From a virus (lineage: Duplodnaviria; Caudoviricetes): DNA of 54,425 nt. The translations under genes and the position numbers were made by a program. Positions 20,332-32,100 of the stretch are shown piece after piece; the first letter of the stretch is position 1, and each line of letters opens with the position of its first letter. The notes under the pieces were generated by a model. The model was not told the origin of the DNA, searched no databases, and was given only the letters and a program-made list of their open reading frames with translations. The stretch lies in the IMG/VR virus record IMGVR_UViG_3300020043_000840, positions 1-54,425 of that record; one strand, 5' to 3'.

Positions 20332-23300
20332 ATGGCAAATTTTACAAGAAACTTTATAGCGGGTAGGATGAACAAAATAGTGGACCAACGTTTACTTCCT
20401 GAGGGAGAGTACATTGACGCTATGAATATTAGAATGGGTTCAACTGAGAACTCAGAGGTTGGAGTAATTGAAAATACAAAGGGGAACCTTCCTCTTACTT
20501 CGTTAACGTACACTGATGGTACTCCATTAAGTGTTGACGCAAGATGTATTGGTGCCATTGAGGATAGTGCTAACGAGACTATTTATTGGTTTGTACACGA
20601 CTCTAATTTCCCTATAGGAGCTACAGGAAAACTTGATTTAATTGTTTCTTTTAATATATTTACAAACATATTAACGTATCACGTAATTAGTATTAATGAT
20701 GGCGGAGATGTTAATACCGTGTTAAACTTTAACGAAAATTATCTTATTACAGGGGTAGATATATTGAACAATTTATTGTTCTTTACAGATGATTATAATG
20801 CTCCAAGATTTATAAACATAGGAAGGAATTATCCTAATCCTATTGCAGATATAGACCAAGTAACAGCAGAGTCTTTACTTGTAATTAAAAAACCACCGGT
20901 AGAATCTCCTGCAGTTCAACCAATTGTGACAAATGGACAAGAGAACTATTTGACTACAAGATTTATTTGTTTTGCTTATAGATACCAATATATTGATGGG
21001 GAGTATAGTGCTACCTCTCAATGGTCTCAACCTTCATTTGTACCTAATCCTTTTAACTTTAGTGTTGAGAGTTTTCTTAATGAGGGTATGACTAACTTCT
21101 GCAACTCTGCAATCATTACATACAACTCAGGCAGTTCGCTTGTGGTTGGTATTGATTTGTTATTTAAAAGGTCAGATGGTAATGTGATTAAGGTTATTGA
21201 AAAACTTGACAAAAGTAATTTAGGTCTAGCAGACAATACAGAATATCAATTTACATTTAGTAATAGTAAAATATTTACTATACTACCCGAGTCTGAGTTA
21301 TTGAGATTATACGACAACGTACCTAGATATGCTAAGGCTCAAACTATTATGGGCAATAGATTAATGTACGGAAATTATGTAGAAGGATATGACTTATTAG
21401 ATTCAATGTCAAACCCAATAAAGTTAGAATATACTACTAGCTTGGTATCAACTGAAGTAGGGAATACTAACATTGATGATGGTCTTGATTCAGGTAGTTA
21501 TACTATTAATGGAAGTGTTAATATAACAGATGCTACAGTTACATTTGACTTAGCGGGACAAAGTTTAGTTTCAGGTTCTGCAATTAACTTAGACGTATCT
21601 ATTATTCACTCTCAGTTTTCAGGAACAACCCCTTATCCTACAGAGACTACAAATACAATAAGATTAAACTTTGCGTTTTTCTTATCAACTACATATGCAT
21701 CTGTTTATGAATTAGCAACAAGTGTTGAGTTTCAAAACGCTATAGGAACAGCAGCTAATATACAACCGGTATCAACCGCTTGTACAGGAACAACATTTAC
21801 AGATTCATTTAACTGTGCTATTCCTAACAATTTAGATGCATTTATAAAAAATGGAAGTGGAATAAGTGCAGTAGGTCAACCTGTTTTAATTATAACAAGT
21901 CCGGCAAGCAGTGTAATTGGATTACAGTTTCCTGCAATGAGATATGTAGATAATATTGTTACGCCTACTCAAACTTTTTATGAATACTATAAAGTTACAT
22001 TTGCAGAGGCTACATTCCAAGAAATAGCAAACCCTCAAAGTTTGCATAGTAATAGAGATTACGAGATTGGTATAGTTTATATGGATGAATTTAATAGAGC
22101 AACAACAGCATTAGTTAGTCCTTATAATACAGAGCACGTACCTTGTGGATTATCTGCATTTAAAAATTCTATTCAAGTATCAATACCTTCAGAACAACAT
22201 CCTCCGGCTTGGGCAACAAGATATAAATTTGTTATTAAGCCTGACGAAGAAAATTATGAGACAATTTATTGTAACATATTCTTTGAGGACCCATTGACAA
22301 ATAATGCTTATTTTTTACTTGAAGGAGAGAATGCAAGGAAAGTTGAGGTTGGAGATAGATTGATTGTTAAGGCTGACTCTAATGGAGCAACCACATCTTG
22401 CGTATATGCAACTGTACTTGAAAAGCAATCGCAAGCATCAAACTTTATTGAGATTGAAAGTCAATTAGACCCAACGGTATTGATACCAATACCTGCAGGC
22501 GTATATATGAAGATTAACCCAAATAGTTTTAATATCGTTCAAGACGAGTTAGCAATTATTGCTCCGGGTAAAATTACTGAAAGAGCACCAAGAGGTTCAG
22601 GAGCTGCTCCTATTTTATACTATCCAATGAATCGCTATGATACTGCTACATCCGCTTGGGTTGATTATAGCATTCCTGCAGGAAGTAGGATTCTATTGAA
22701 TTTTAAGCAAACAAGAGGTGGTGTAGGTGCTAGTTGCGAGGAAAGAAGAAGTTCTTTAGAAAAAACTTTAATTGCTTCCAATGATTATGACAATATGTAT
22801 GATTGGTGGGTAGGGGATAATGTTGAGCAATTTTTAAATGATGGACCAAGATATGCAGGAGAAGGTCAATGTACTCCTACTAATGAATTTATTTCTACTA
22901 TTACTAATACTGCAGGAGATATATTAACGGATTTATGTATTAACTACTATAAGTTTTACAGAAACACAAGCACCAATCAATTAGAGTTGATGGTAACAGG
23001 TACATTACCTTGTACGGGTATTGGGTCTCCAAACGCTCGTGCATCTGATGTTGAGGTTAATATTACTGTATTCCGTTCTGATAAGACAATTATATTTGAG
23101 ACTCAGCCAAGTGAAGCGTTACCTGATGTATTCTTTGAAAATGAAATGTCATTTGAAATTGTGAATGGTAACCATATGGGTAACATTCAAAACCAAGATA
23201 TTGCAAGCGGAATACCTGCTATCATTGACACTAAGTTTTTTAACTGTTTCTGTTTTGGAAATGGAGCAGAAAGTTATAAGATTCGTGACTCAATTGTTGG

Positions 23301-24744
23301 CAATTCATTTAATTTTGGCAATAGAGTTACAAGCGTATCTGCTCAAGACTACAAAGCGTCTGATAGACTTTCTGATATTACATATAGTGGTATTTATAAT
23401 GCTGAGTCAAATGTAAATAAGCTAAATGAATTTAATTTAGGATTGCTTAACTATAAGCATTTAGAAAGTTCTTTTGGAGAAATATTTATATTGGATGGCA
23501 GACAAACTGATGTGCTAACACTTCAAGAAGATAAAATATCATATGTACTAGCAGGTAAGAATTTATTATCTGACTCTACAGGTGGTGGTGCGGTTACATC
23601 TGTTCCTGAGGTATTAGGAACTCAGATTGCTCGTACTGAGAAGTATGGAATTAGTTTTAATCCTGAGAGTTATGTTCAATGGGGATACGATAGATATTTT
23701 ACAGATGTAAAACGTGGAGTTGTTTTACAGCTTCGTGGTAATTCATATTCTAATGAAGAACTTAAAGTTATTTCTGAAATGAATATGAGAACTTGGTTTA
23801 GAGATAATTTTAACGAAAGTTTTAATACTCAAAAACTTGGTGGATTTGACCCTTATATGAACGAGTATGTTTTATCAAGCAATACAAGAAGTCTTCCATA
23901 TAATACAAGTTGTTTATCTTGTGGTATTTCTCAAGCCTTTACTTTAAGTACATTGGCAGAAGAAATTAAAACATTTGTATATTGTGTTGACTTTGGTCCT
24001 ACAGTAGGAATAACTGATATTAACTATAGTTTAACAAGTATTAGTGAAGGAGCTGAATTTGAGATAATAGTTGATTATGATGGCTCAACTGATACTACAG
24101 GATGGATTAGTACTGATGGAACACTTACATTTAATAAAGACAGTATATCAGCAGAAACTGCAACAATAACTATTAATTATACAGGGGATATGGTATTAAA
24201 CATACTTCCTAATTGTTCCCAAGCTAATCAGTTAACTATTGTTCAAATAGTTTTGACAAACGATTACCAATCAGGAGAAACTGTTCATACTCAATATAGA
24301 TATGTAGATGGTTCTTATGTTTCTCCATTACAATCAAGTTTTGTAACTTTTGTTTCAGGAACAAATAATCCTCTTGTATCAAGATACAATGTAACATCTG
24401 ACTATGTAGGCACAGGTGCATTTCCTCCTTCAGGAAGTACTGTTTCCTTAATTTCAAATCAATTTGCAACAGATACTTTTGTGTTTAATGCTACTAATGA
24501 TAGTTTTAAATACCACGTATCAAATACTTTTTATGATAATAATAGTGCGGATTTGAATACTTTATTAGGACTAGCAACAACAGCTACGCCTAATCAAGGA
24601 GGAGGTTCATACAATTATGCAGATTTCACGGTACCAAGTACTCAAGATTATTTATATTTGATATGGGATTTTAGGCAATCAGTTCCGGTTACTTTGTGTT
24701 ATTCTGATATAGATATTGATGATGTATGTTTTAATTGTGGTTAA
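20332..24744 (+). CDS. Tail nozzle / stabilisation-like protein, main part
   Basis: 1470 aa, N-terminal F..GRMN..D.RLLP.GEY.DA.N.R motif, beta-rich, LFFTD..N.PR and YGIS.NPES. Confidence 0.65.
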   Translation: MANFTRNFIAGRMNKIVDQRLLPEGEYIDAMNIRMGSTENSEVGVIENTKGNLPLTSLTYTDGTPLSVDARCIGAIEDSANETIYWFVHDSNFPIGATGKLDLIVSFNIFTNILTYHVISINDGGDVNTVLNFNENYLITGVDILNNLLFFTDDYNAPRFINIGRNYPNPIADIDQVTAESLLVIKKPPVESPAVQPIVTNGQENYLTTRFICFAYRYQYIDGEYSATSQWSQPSFVPNPFNFSVESFLNEGMTNFCNSAIITYNSGSSLVVGIDLLFKRSDGNVIKVIEKLDKSNLGLADNTEYQFTFSNSKIFTILPESELLRLYDNVPRYAKAQTIMGNRLMYGNYVEGYDLLDSMSNPIKLEYTTSLVSTEVGNTNIDDGLDSGSYTINGSVNITDATVTFDLAGQSLVSGSAINLDVSIIHSQFSGTTPYPTETTNTIRLNFAFFLSTTYASVYELATSVEFQNAIGTAANIQPVSTACTGTTFTDSFNCAIPNNLDAFIKNGSGISAVGQPVLIITSPASSVIGLQFPAMRYVDNIVTPTQTFYEYYKVTFAEATFQEIANPQSLHSNRDYEIGIVYMDEFNRATTALVSPYNTEHVPCGLSAFKNSIQVSIPSEQHPPAWATRYKFVIKPDEENYETIYCNIFFEDPLTNNAYFLLEGENARKVEVGDRLIVKADSNGATTSCVYATVLEKQSQASNFIEIESQLDPTVLIPIPAGVYMKINPNSFNIVQDELAIIAPGKITERAPRGSGAAPILYYPMNRYDTATSAWVDYSIPAGSRILLNFKQTRGGVGASCEERRSSLEKTLIASNDYDNMYDWWVGDNVEQFLNDGPRYAGEGQCTPTNEFISTITNTAGDILTDLCINYYKFYRNTSTNQLELMVTGTLPCTGIGSPNARASDVEVNITVFRSDKTIIFETQPSEALPDVFFENEMSFEIVNGNHMGNIQNQDIASGIPAIIDTKFFNCFCFGNGAESYKIRDSIVGNSFNFGNRVTSVSAQDYKASDRLSDITYSGIYNAESNVNKLNEFNLGLLNYKHLESSFGEIFILDGRQTDVLTLQEDKISYVLAGKNLLSDSTGGGAVTSVPEVLGTQIARTEKYGISFNPESYVQWGYDRYFTDVKRGVVLQLRGNSYSNEELKVISEMNMRTWFRDNFNESFNTQKLGGFDPYMNEYVLSSNTRSLPYNTSCLSCGISQAFTLSTLAEEIKTFVYCVDFGPTVGITDINYSLTSISEGAEFEIIVDYDGSTDTTGWISTDGTLTFNKDSISAETATITINYTGDMVLNILPNCSQANQLTIVQIVLTNDYQSGETVHTQYRYVDGSYVSPLQSSFVTFVSGTNNPLVSRYNVTSDYVGTGAFPPSGSTVSLISNQFATDTFVFNATNDSFKYHVSNTFYDNNSADLNTLLGLATTATPNQGGGSYNYADFTVPSTQDYLYLIWDFRQSVPVTLCYSDIDIDDVCFNCG

Positions 24745-24764
24745 AAATTAGTAAAAATAAAATT

Positions 24765-25280
24765 ATGGCAACAAGTTCAACATATTATTTAAACGCTCCA
24801 TCGCTAGCATCTGCAACTGCAGTATTCTCGGATGCAGATTTATTAGTATTAGCTGCTGATGGGTTCTATTCGGATGGGGTTATATCAAGAGAACAAGTTG
24901 ATGGTGTATTACTTCCTCAACAACTATGTATTCCACCTGTAGGAAGTGCTTCATTAGCTTGGTCTTATACAATATCAGGAGGAGCAACAGGAACTATGGA
25001 TTTATATATTAATAGTGTATTGGCAGAAAATGTAAACTTTAATTCAAGTGGAACCATACTTTTAAATGTTGGCGATACAATTAATGTCGAGATATCTACA
25101 AGTGGGTGTAGCGGAGGAAGTGGAAAGGCAAATGCTTATTGCACAGGTATAATAGATGAGTCAAGCTGTGCTGATGGTGTTACAAGTTTAGTTAGTTCAG
25201 TATATACCGTTCTTAGCGGAGATTTAGGAACGGTATTGGTTTTAGATACAATTTCACTCTGTGATACAGGATGTGTATAA
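24765..25280 (+). CDS. Cys-containing small structural/accessory protein
   Basis: ATG at 24765 with A-rich leader preferred over the track start at 24735. Confidence 0.6.
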   Translation: MATSSTYYLNAPSLASATAVFSDADLLVLAADGFYSDGVISREQVDGVLLPQQLCIPPVGSASLAWSYTISGGATGTMDLYINSVLAENVNFNSSGTILLNVGDTINVEISTSGCSGGSGKANAYCTGIIDESSCADGVTSLVSSVYTVLSGDLGTVLVLDTISLCDTGCV

Positions 25281-25291
25281 AATAAATAAAT

Positions 25292-26095
25292 ATGCCAAAT
25301 AAAACATTAACATATAGTGATATGGTTGGAGGATGGGTATCCTTCTATTCCTTTTATCCTGATTGGATGCTAGGAATGAACAATTATTTCTATACATTTA
25401 AGGGAGGAGACCTATATAGACATAACGTAAATAGTGAAAGAAACACATTCTATAAGCCTTGGTTTGTTAAAATAAGCCAACCGGCAGATGCGTTTACACC
25501 TACTACTTTGCAAAGTGTGCTTAATACAGCACCGCTTGAGAACAAACTCTTTAAGACAATCAACCTGCAAGGGGATGCCAAGTGGGCAGCAGCATTAGAA
25601 ACTGACTTGCAATACTCGGGTTTTATAGAAGAAAGTTGGTTTGAAAAGAAAGAAGCCTCTTATTTTGCTTTTGTGCGTAATAATTCAGTAGGTGAACTCG
25701 CTCTTAGAAGTGTCAACGGAATAGGTAAAAGCTATCAAGTTACAGGTGGCAATGTCGTTAAATTTGTAGTTGGCGTTTCTATAGGAAGTATTATTAGCGT
25801 TGGAGATTATCTATACTACTCTTTACCTCCTTATATTACCCCTATTCTAGCAGGCAAGGTAACGGCTATTACAGTCGATTTGCCAAACTCTGTAAACCAA
25901 TTGACCATAGATACGACAATACCTTATACTAGCCCTATACCTATTCAGGATGCGTTTTTCTTGTATATTAAAAATTCGGTAGCTGAGTCTCACGGAGTCT
26001 TAGGACATTATTGTACCTTTAGTATAACTAACACATCTAATGACAAAATAGAATTGTTTGCGGTTCAGTCAGAAGTTATGAAAAGTTTTCCTTAA
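25292..26095 (+). CDS. Tail protein resembling the C-terminal segment of nozzle proteins
   Basis: TLTYS...GWVSFYSF.P...YTFKGG.LYRHN...K.FKTI.L.G...FEKKE. Confidence 0.55.
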   Translation: MPNKTLTYSDMVGGWVSFYSFYPDWMLGMNNYFYTFKGGDLYRHNVNSERNTFYKPWFVKISQPADAFTPTTLQSVLNTAPLENKLFKTINLQGDAKWAAALETDLQYSGFIEESWFEKKEASYFAFVRNNSVGELALRSVNGIGKSYQVTGGNVVKFVVGVSIGSIISVGDYLYYSLPPYITPILAGKVTAITVDLPNSVNQLTIDTTIPYTSPIPIQDAFFLYIKNSVAESHGVLGHYCTFSITNTSNDKIELFAVQSEVMKSFP

Positions 26096-26101
26096 ATTTA
26101 A

Positions 26102-26109
26102 TATCTTTG
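26102..26109 (+). promoter_or_regulatory. -7 promoter box TATCTTTG
   Basis: TAnnTTTG, 7 nt before ATG 26117. Confidence 0.6.
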
Positions 26110-26116
26110 TAAGAAT

Positions 26117-26527
26117 ATGGAATTGTATATACGAGAACTGACACACACCGACTACGATGATATTCTTCTAGGATGGTGGAAACAGTGGGGATGGGAGCCT
26201 CCTCAAAGAGATTTTCTTCCTAATGATGGCAAGGGTGGTATAATTATCTATGATGACCAAACGCCTGTATGTGCCGGATTTATGTATCTTACTAATTCCA
26301 AAGTAGCTTGGGTAGATTGGATAATATCAAACAAGGAATATACCAATAAACTACAAAGAAAGGACGCCATTAAGTTATTGGTGTCAGCGTTGACAGATAT
26401 ATGCAAGACAGCAGGTAATAAATATAGTTACGCATTAATTAAAAATGAAAGTCTTATAGGAATGTACGAGGACCTTGGATACGTTAAAGGTGATTCTTAT
26501 ACAGGCGAAATGATAAAAGTATTATAA
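26117..26527 (+). CDS. GNAT-fold protein preceding the internal virion genes
   Basis: 136 aa; IREL...D, PVCAGF, AWVDWIISNKEY, MYEDLGY patterns. Confidence 0.55.
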   Translation: MELYIRELTHTDYDDILLGWWKQWGWEPPQRDFLPNDGKGGIIIYDDQTPVCAGFMYLTNSKVAWVDWIISNKEYTNKLQRKDAIKLLVSALTDICKTAGNKYSYALIKNESLIGMYEDLGYVKGDSYTGEMIKVL

Positions 26528-26528
26528 T

Positions 26529-27350
26529 ATGGCAGCATTTACTACAATTGCATCAGCAACAGCATTAGCAGCTACAGCAGCTACTACTACAATGTCTTTT
26601 GTGCAAGCAGGCAAACAAAAAAGTGCACAGCGTCAAGCTGAGCGTGATGCCGATGAAGCTATGCAAGAGGCTCGTAAGAAACTAGAAACAAACTTCTATG
26701 CTCAACAAGGTATCAAAAAAGAACCTTATGAGTTAGAAAGAGAGGCATTACTTTCTCAAGGTGCTCAAGCTATTCAAGCAGGTGTTGAAAGTGAAAGAGG
26801 TGCGGCAGCAACAGCAGGTCGTATTCAAATGGCACAACAAGAAGGTCAAGCGGGAATCAGAACTGCAATGGGTCAAGAGTTAACAAATTTAGAGAATAAA
26901 CAATTAGCAGAAGAAAGTCGTCTTCGTGATATTGGTGTTCAGTTAGATTTAGGGGAAGTATCAGGTGCTCAACAAGCGGCAGCAAATGCAGCAGAGTTAG
27001 GTGCTCAAGCTACTCAACAAGGATTCCAAGGTGTAACAAGTATGGCAAATCAGCTTTCAAATTTTGCTCCACTATATGAAAAGTCTGCAAGTGCTCGTCA
27101 ATTTAATAGAATTGAAGATATGGCAGCAAGGCAAGATAAGTTAACTCCTGAACAAACTCAGGCAAAAATTGCATCATTAGGAACAATTGGAGGAACAGAT
27201 TTTAGCAAAGTTAGTCTTATGGATAGATTGCAATATCAAGATTTTATGAGTAAACAAAATGCTGATACGCTTAAAATGTTAAGACAACAAGGTCTTGACT
27301 TATATGGATTTAATCCATATAAACCATCGACATATAAAAACATTTTTTAA
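26529..27350 (+). CDS. Putative internal virion / DNA ejection protein
   Basis: A/T-rich hydrophobic N-terminus and A/Q/G-rich helical body, typical of pilot proteins. Confidence 0.6.
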   Translation: MAAFTTIASATALAATAATTTMSFVQAGKQKSAQRQAERDADEAMQEARKKLETNFYAQQGIKKEPYELEREALLSQGAQAIQAGVESERGAAATAGRIQMAQQEGQAGIRTAMGQELTNLENKQLAEESRLRDIGVQLDLGEVSGAQQAAANAAELGAQATQQGFQGVTSMANQLSNFAPLYEKSASARQFNRIEDMAARQDKLTPEQTQAKIASLGTIGGTDFSKVSLMDRLQYQDFMSKQNADTLKMLRQQGLDLYGFNPYKPSTYKNIF

Positions 27351-27369
27351 TAGAAATTAAAACATTTAG

Positions 27370-29151
27370 TTGATGGCAACATATTATAATTACGCAGAAC
27401 GGAACGCAAATAGCCAAGTCAATTGGGCTGAAGTCGGCAAGAGCATATCCGATATGCTTAAAGACGAAGTAAAAATTCGTGAAGAAAAGAAAAGTGCAAT
27501 TGACCAAGCAACTCGTGAATTTCAAACAACTTTAGAGAATGCTCCACAAGGGCAATATCAAGATGCTAATAAGTTTACCAATGACTTTGCTCACTCTGTA
27601 ATGGAGCAGCAAATGATTGACAATAGATTATTGAAGTCAGGTCAAATGAAGTTACAAGACTTTACTTATAGAAGACAGAACTATGTAGATGGAACAAATA
27701 CATTATTTGATTTACAAAAATTATATCAAGAGAATTATAAAACAAAAATGGCAGGTGTTCAAAGTGGTGAGTTTCAACCATTGACAAGTGCTAATATGGC
27801 TTCTGTAGAGGGATTTGCTGATTTCTCAAAATCAAAAGCAGTCATTGACCCTGCAACAGGAATTATAAATGTTGGTGTAATGAAACCAAATCCTAAAACA
27901 GGAGTGTTGGAATTAACTAATGATGTTGCTCCGGTTAATGTTATTAAAGGAAAGATACTAGCAAATATCCCTTCTTTTAAAGTTGATGAAGCGATGAACA
28001 ATACAGTTAAAGGTCTTGGTGATAGAATTGAAGTATTGTATGATATTGCAACTAAAACAAAAGCAGGTACTATTACTAAGTTAACGGGTATAGGTGCATT
28101 AGAAGCAGCTAAAAATCCTAAGTTTAAAACTGAAATAGACCAATTTAATAAAGCAATCGACCAAACTATTGATGGATATTTTTCAGACCCTTATCACTTA
28201 TCTTCTGTATTAACAATGAACACAGGAAAGTATGACGCTACATCATTCACATATGATAAAAATGAAAAAGACCCTAGTAAAATACTATTAAAAATAGATA
28301 AGACTTCGGGTCTTCCTGTTTTAGATGAATCAGGTGCTAACTATAAAGCACAAGAACAAGAAGCAAAAGATTGGGTTAGAAGTCAGTTATTATCTAAGAT
28401 GGATTCTAAAAAAGAAATGCAAGAAACAGGAACTATTCCTTATGGTCCTCAGCCACAACAATGGCAGGTTCAAGGAGCTCAAGATGCTAAAATTAAACAA
28501 GCAGCGGCAGGTGCTTGGAACCAATTATACACAGGTAAAACAGCGGCTGAGAAACAAGCAGCGGCTGATATATTATTAGGTACTCCAAATGCTCAGGCTT
28601 TAGGATTACTTAGTATTGATTTATCTACTCCGGGTGTTGTAAAACTTGGTTATGCTGATAGTAAAAAGAATAGAAGTATTGGAATGCGAGATGCAAATAA
28701 TCAACCAATTAGTTTAATGGATTTTGCAGCTAAAGGAGTTGAACTTCACGGTGAAGCAGATAAAAATAAAGCATATGCAGCAGGAGGCGGTGGTAAAACA
28801 TACGGACCATTGACGGCTGCAGATTGGGGAACGGTTAAGGCTTCAAGAGCAGGAGCAACTGCAGCACCTGTAGGAGCTAATGTAAATATACCGCTTGCAG
28901 TATTTGATGTTCCTGCTCAAAGGTCGGCAGCAGCATTAAAAGGCATACTACCTCCTGCATTTAGAGTAGATGAAAATATGTTAGGAATAGGAAATGAAGT
29001 TAAAATTGTAGCTCCAAATGGTGCAGAATATATATATAATTCTCTTTTAGATAAGAGTGCGGCTACACTAGAAAAACAACAACTTGAGGACTTTATAAGA
29101 AGTAATGGTGCTGCTGCAGGTGGAACACTTTCAGGTGGCAAGGTTAGGTAG
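27370..29151 (+). CDS. Putative internal virion / DNA ejection protein
   Basis: 593-aa Cys-free protein between a pilot-like gene and the giant gene. Confidence 0.55.
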   Translation: MMATYYNYAERNANSQVNWAEVGKSISDMLKDEVKIREEKKSAIDQATREFQTTLENAPQGQYQDANKFTNDFAHSVMEQQMIDNRLLKSGQMKLQDFTYRRQNYVDGTNTLFDLQKLYQENYKTKMAGVQSGEFQPLTSANMASVEGFADFSKSKAVIDPATGIINVGVMKPNPKTGVLELTNDVAPVNVIKGKILANIPSFKVDEAMNNTVKGLGDRIEVLYDIATKTKAGTITKLTGIGALEAAKNPKFKTEIDQFNKAIDQTIDGYFSDPYHLSSVLTMNTGKYDATSFTYDKNEKDPSKILLKIDKTSGLPVLDESGANYKAQEQEAKDWVRSQLLSKMDSKKEMQETGTIPYGPQPQQWQVQGAQDAKIKQAAAGAWNQLYTGKTAAEKQAAADILLGTPNAQALGLLSIDLSTPGVVKLGYADSKKNRSIGMRDANNQPISLMDFAAKGVELHGEADKNKAYAAGGGGKTYGPLTAADWGTVKASRAGATAAPVGANVNIPLAVFDVPAQRSAAALKGILPPAFRVDENMLGIGNEVKIVAPNGAEYIYNSLLDKSAATLEKQQLEDFIRSNGAAAGGTLSGGKVR

Positions 29152-29172
29152 AACAAAATAAAATAATTAATT

Positions 29173-32100
29173 ATGCCGGATTTAAAACAAGTATTAAAAG
29201 ATTTTGTAGCCACTTCTAATAGCGGTAAATATACCGATGATGCTACCTTATTATCTAAGTTTCCTGAATTAAAAGGATACGATATTAATACATTAAAAGA
29301 TTTTGTAGCTACTTCTAATAGTGGAAGATATCCAAATGAGAATGATTTGTTTTTACAATTCCCTGAATTTGGACTTGGTGTTAAAAAAAAAGTCGCTACG
29401 GCATCTTCTTCGGGCAGTGGTTCTTCGGCTTCACAAAAACAGGACGAAGGGATACTTGATTATATAGGAAATGTTGCTTCGACAATAGGGGAAGAAGTTA
29501 GTAGTGCTGCGTCAGCAGCAAAAGAAGGTGTTGTTGCTGCTGCTGAATATGTAGGTGAAGGTATTAAAGAAGGATACCAATATGCCGGTAACGTTGCAGC
29601 AGGTATTAATAAAGGTCTTTTAAAAGTTGGTAGTGAATCTGTAAAGGGGTTAGGTACATTTTTACAATGGGGTGTAGGTAAAGACGCACTTAATACTTCA
29701 ATAGTTGATTTTGGTAATTATCTGAGCAAAGAAATTGATGAAATTACTCCACAAGATGAAAAATTTAAGGGTAGTGTATCTGACCAATTCTCACAAGCAT
29801 TAGGGAATGTAGCAGGTTTAATAGCTACAGGAGGAACATCTAAAGCTATAAGTCTTGCAGGAAAAGCACCAAGTGCATTACAGATGGCTGAATTAGCCGC
29901 TCAAGTTGCACCAAAAACAGCAGGTGTAGCGGCAACTGCATTAAAAACAGTAGGGAGTCAAATAGCTTCTCCTGTTGGAATTGTTGGAGGATTACAAATG
30001 GGTCAATCAGAATTTGAAAGAGCAAAAGCTGCCGGTGCTACCGATAAGCAGGCTTATGATGTATTTCTAAAAAATGCTGTTGTTGGCTCTGCTTTAGAAG
30101 CTATTCCTGTTACAGGATTTTTAAAAAGATTTGAGAAAGCATCGGAAGGTGGTGTTACTAATTATTTAAAAACAAAAGCTATTGGAGGTCTTGTGGGTGG
30201 TACAGAAGAAATGACCACAGAAGTATTGCAACAACTATATGCTAATAAAACAGCAAAGGATATTTATAACACTAATCAAAATTTATTTGAAGGAGTTGGT
30301 GAATCAGGTGGTTTAGGTTTTGGTGTTGGATTCTTGTTAAACGCAATGGGTGCTAATGCTAAAATACTTAAGAAAGAAGGTAAAACACAAGAGGCTGCAG
30401 TAGTAGAGAAACAAGCTGAAGAGTTTAGGGAGCAAATGAAAAATGGTGGTCCATCTTCTTATACAATAAGTGGAATAAAAGTGAATCCTGATGTTGCAGT
30501 TCCTTTTATACAAAATTTGAGTGGTGCGGATTTGGCTAATGCTAATATTCAAATAGTAAATAATCCTGAGCTTAACAATCAAGTACAACAAAAAATTGTT
30601 ACTCATTCAGTTAGAGAGCAAGTAAGACAAGCAAATCCCGAACTTAACGAGCCAAGTTTAAATGCCATTGCTGACTTAGAAATACAGTTAAGAGCTTTAG
30701 ATGGTAATACAACTCAAACGGGTAAAGATAAAGCGGCTGCAATTAGAACTCAAATTAAAAATATTCAAGAGAATCAATTACAAGAAGAAGCTGTTGCTTT
30801 AACAAAAGAAGAATCTGTAAATAAATTAATAAAAATATTTGTTCCAAAAATAGAAGACCCAAATTTTGAAATAACTAATTGGGATAAAAATCTTGTAAGT
30901 CAAATAAAAGATAATCCTATTCAATTTATAGATAGTTTATTGGATTTAAACAAGAGAGAAATAGAAGCAAATCCACAAGGAGCAAATGTTGGTCTTTTAA
31001 ATAACTTAACAAAAAAATTAGAAGAGGCAAAGAAAGATTATCTTAATGCAGAAGCTGCTCAGGCTGTTCAACCTACTCAAGCTGTTCAACCTGCTCAACC
31101 TACTCAACCTGCTCAAGTTACCGCAGAACCAACCATAGTAGTTCATTCTCCTGTAAACGGTTTTGGTTTACAATACTCTGAGAATGTAGCTCAAGAAAAT
31201 ATCACTGCACCTCAAGACCCAAGAGGTATGGTTACTGAAGAGCAACAAAGTGAGTTAAATAGAGGGAAATCAATAATAAATGAGGATACAACTTTAGAGA
31301 ATGGAGATAAGAAAGTATCTATTTTATCTGAGGCTTATGATGCTTTTGGAAGAAAGGGGGTATCTGTATTTGATTTTGTAATACCTAGTAATAATCAATC
31401 TACTGCTGATGGCGTTAAATTAATTATCGAAGAAGTACGTAAAGAAAATTTATTTACTGACTTGTCTCCTAATGAACTTATAAATCAAACGGTAAGTAAA
31501 GTAAAAGAATATTTAGATTCAAATAAAACAAACACTCAACAAAATGCCATTCAAGAACAAACAACAAATGAAGGCTTGCTACTCAGCCAAGCAGCAAAAT
31601 TGGGATTGCAGCAAATGGGCGAAGGAAACATCCAACCTCAAGTCACTACCACAAGGACCCAAGAAGTCGCTCCTACGCAACCGCAAGAAGTAGTTAATAT
31701 CAACATAAAAAATATTGTAGATGAAGAAGGTAATATAAATACCTATAGTTTAAAAGCTGCTGTAGTTGATTCCCCTGCTTTAATAAATGTAAATAAAAAT
31801 ACTATAGAAAATACAGTAGGTTATTTAAGACAAATAGCAGACAAAGTAAATGATAAAGAATTAAATGATACTGTTACTTATTTAGAAGATGCGTCTAATA
31901 TGTTATTATCCATAAAAAATATGGAAGAAGGCAAAAGAAATGAATTTTTAAGCAATCAAGAAAACTTTTATTCTGATAAAAAGCCACCATCTGAAGTATT
32001 AAAAAGACTTAATGATTGGGCTAAAGTATTAAAAGGTAATACTGCAAAAAATAATGCAGAAAGATTATTGAAAGAACAATATCAGCAAGTTTTAGCTGAA

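Noticed and set aside
31050-31120. Short tandem repeats (AQAVQPTQ...; also GGESESE at about 54215-54270)
   Set aside because: Ordinary low-complexity protein linkers
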